NCBI GenBank assembly: GCA_028023455.1
Contig: JAQFVV010000005.1
Location: 19,654,001 to 19,718,000 of the forward strand
From: Epiperipatus broadwayi
Lineage: Eukaryota; Animalia; Onychophora
Direction: 5' to 3'
Length of the DNA stretch: 64,000 nucleotides
Shown in pieces: positions 62,741-64,000 of this stretch; positions within the stretch are counted from its first letter, which is position 1, and each line of letters begins with the position of its first letter. Both the position numbers and the translations under genes were made by a program. Under the pieces are notes generated by a model that saw only the letters and a program-made list of their open reading frames with translations, was not told the DNA's origin and did not search any database.

Positions 62741-63234
62741 ACATTATATTTTTCTCAAGATTTGAATGAATTAAATTATTTTAAAATACAACTAATTCTT
62801 CATCAAGGTTTTTAATATTTTGGTGGCTGAAAAAACTCACTGGAAAAGCATAATATTTTATGTTTTGCAGTTGAGTAGATATTATAGCATAAAGTCCAAA
62901 ATATTTGCTTGCCAATTTTATTGCATTACTTAATGTACATATATTAAAAGTTTAGCATCACTGAACTTTTAAGTAATTTGACAATGATGGACTTTTATAG
63001 TGAAGAAAACTGGATATTTTCATACAATGAATATTTTTCATGCCTTCTGAATTTATTCTCTTTCATTGCATGAAAAAGAGTATTCCAAAAAAGTTAACAA
63101 AAACTGCTGCAGTAACTCACATGCAGACAATTGTCCAAAATAGTTGTATCGATTACAGATTTGCCATCCATCTTATGGTGTGAGGAAATATCATGCTGAA
63201 TCATTATGAGCAGTAATCTTCACTCTTCTTTGAA

Positions 63235-63422
63235 ACCATCTGCTGTAAGCTTAAGTAATCATTAGACACCATATGGTACAGTGCTGTAAAACCACCAACT
63301 TCAGATCTAAAACTAATAATGCATTTATGTAAAAACTAGAAAATAATCTGAAAATGGGGATTTTATAGTACCATATTACCATCTAGTGTCCATTGATTAC
63401 TCAAATTTACATTAGATGGCTC
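63235..63422. mobile_element. Old family 1-related fold-back remnant
   Basis: accatctgctgtaagcttaagtaatcattagacacc is inverted relative to ccatctagtgtccattgattactcaaatttacattagatgg. A related fragment lies at about 45005-45045. Confidence 0.5.
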
Positions 63423-64000
63423 TTGATAGCCAATGAGTAATCATGTGAGAAGTCATGAAATAATATTGTGTGTAGTAATAGACTGTTTGAATCTCGTGCT
63501 TAGGGTCCATAGACATAGTTTAATTCTGTCTTTTTCATTGCTCAAACTTCTGTACAACAAGCTATTTGATACTTATTATTAGCTTTATTTTTTTTAAAAA
63601 GTTATTCTAACAAGTAATATAATAAATTACTGCTCCTAAATTGACAGCATATAAAAATATATATTTGTTATGCATCATTATATATGTATAGATAACATAC
63701 AGAAAAGGCTTGGTGGTGTACTCACTGTAACTATCTGCTGATAGTCAATTTGAATCCGGACTGACTAGAACTTGAGATGGGGGCGGTCAAATAATGTATG
63801 CAGAATTAGGATATTTTTACTCAAATTATAGTCATTAAATATTGGATGGTTAAATGAGTATTCAGCATTCTTATCTAGAAAATAAAATGAGATTAGAAAA
63901 TTACTGAAGAACTCACATAGGGAATGATGTCTTCTCCTTCACTGTATCTTCTGTAGGTGATTGCCTTTGCTTAGTAGTTAATCACTCCATTCAATGTATG

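Noticed and set aside
1-64000. Prokaryotic origin of the whole window, prompted by the IS3 remnant
   Set aside because: The spliceosomal intron, LINEs, SINEs, LTR element, mariner and very low coding density are eukaryotic.

Overview
Strongly AT-rich eukaryotic DNA, probably from an arthropod (an inference from the mariner, RTE and Gypsy content and a Mollicute-type insert). One host gene can be reconstructed: a 104-aa MZT2/MOZART2 homologue with two coding exons (432-571 and 35260-35434) separated by a 34,688-bp intron packed with mobile DNA. A second promoter or first exon may lie near 47.95 kb. The main signal is a set of small tandem-monomer elements (monomers of about 346-471 bp). They sit as head-to-head fold-back insertions with 12-16 bp target-site duplications, and the two arms end at points offset by about 30-55 nt. 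Most carry a minimal type I hammerhead ribozyme with a palindromic stem III, so they look like retrozyme-like non-autonomous Penelope derivatives. One young family has the same geometry but no ribozyme I could recognise. Decayed Penelope RT/GIY-YIG remnants occur in the same window. Also present: a bacterial IS3-family transposase remnant with in-frame TGA at plausible Trp positions (possible Spiroplasma-type transfer); a non-autonomous Gypsy-type LTR element with 2-kb LTRs and a tandem array of LTR-end/PBS copies, nested in an RTE LINE; a PHD+esterase LINE; a mariner; a hAT MITE; and two tRNA-derived SINE families. All calls were made by eye, with no database searches. Boundaries of decayed elements are approximate.
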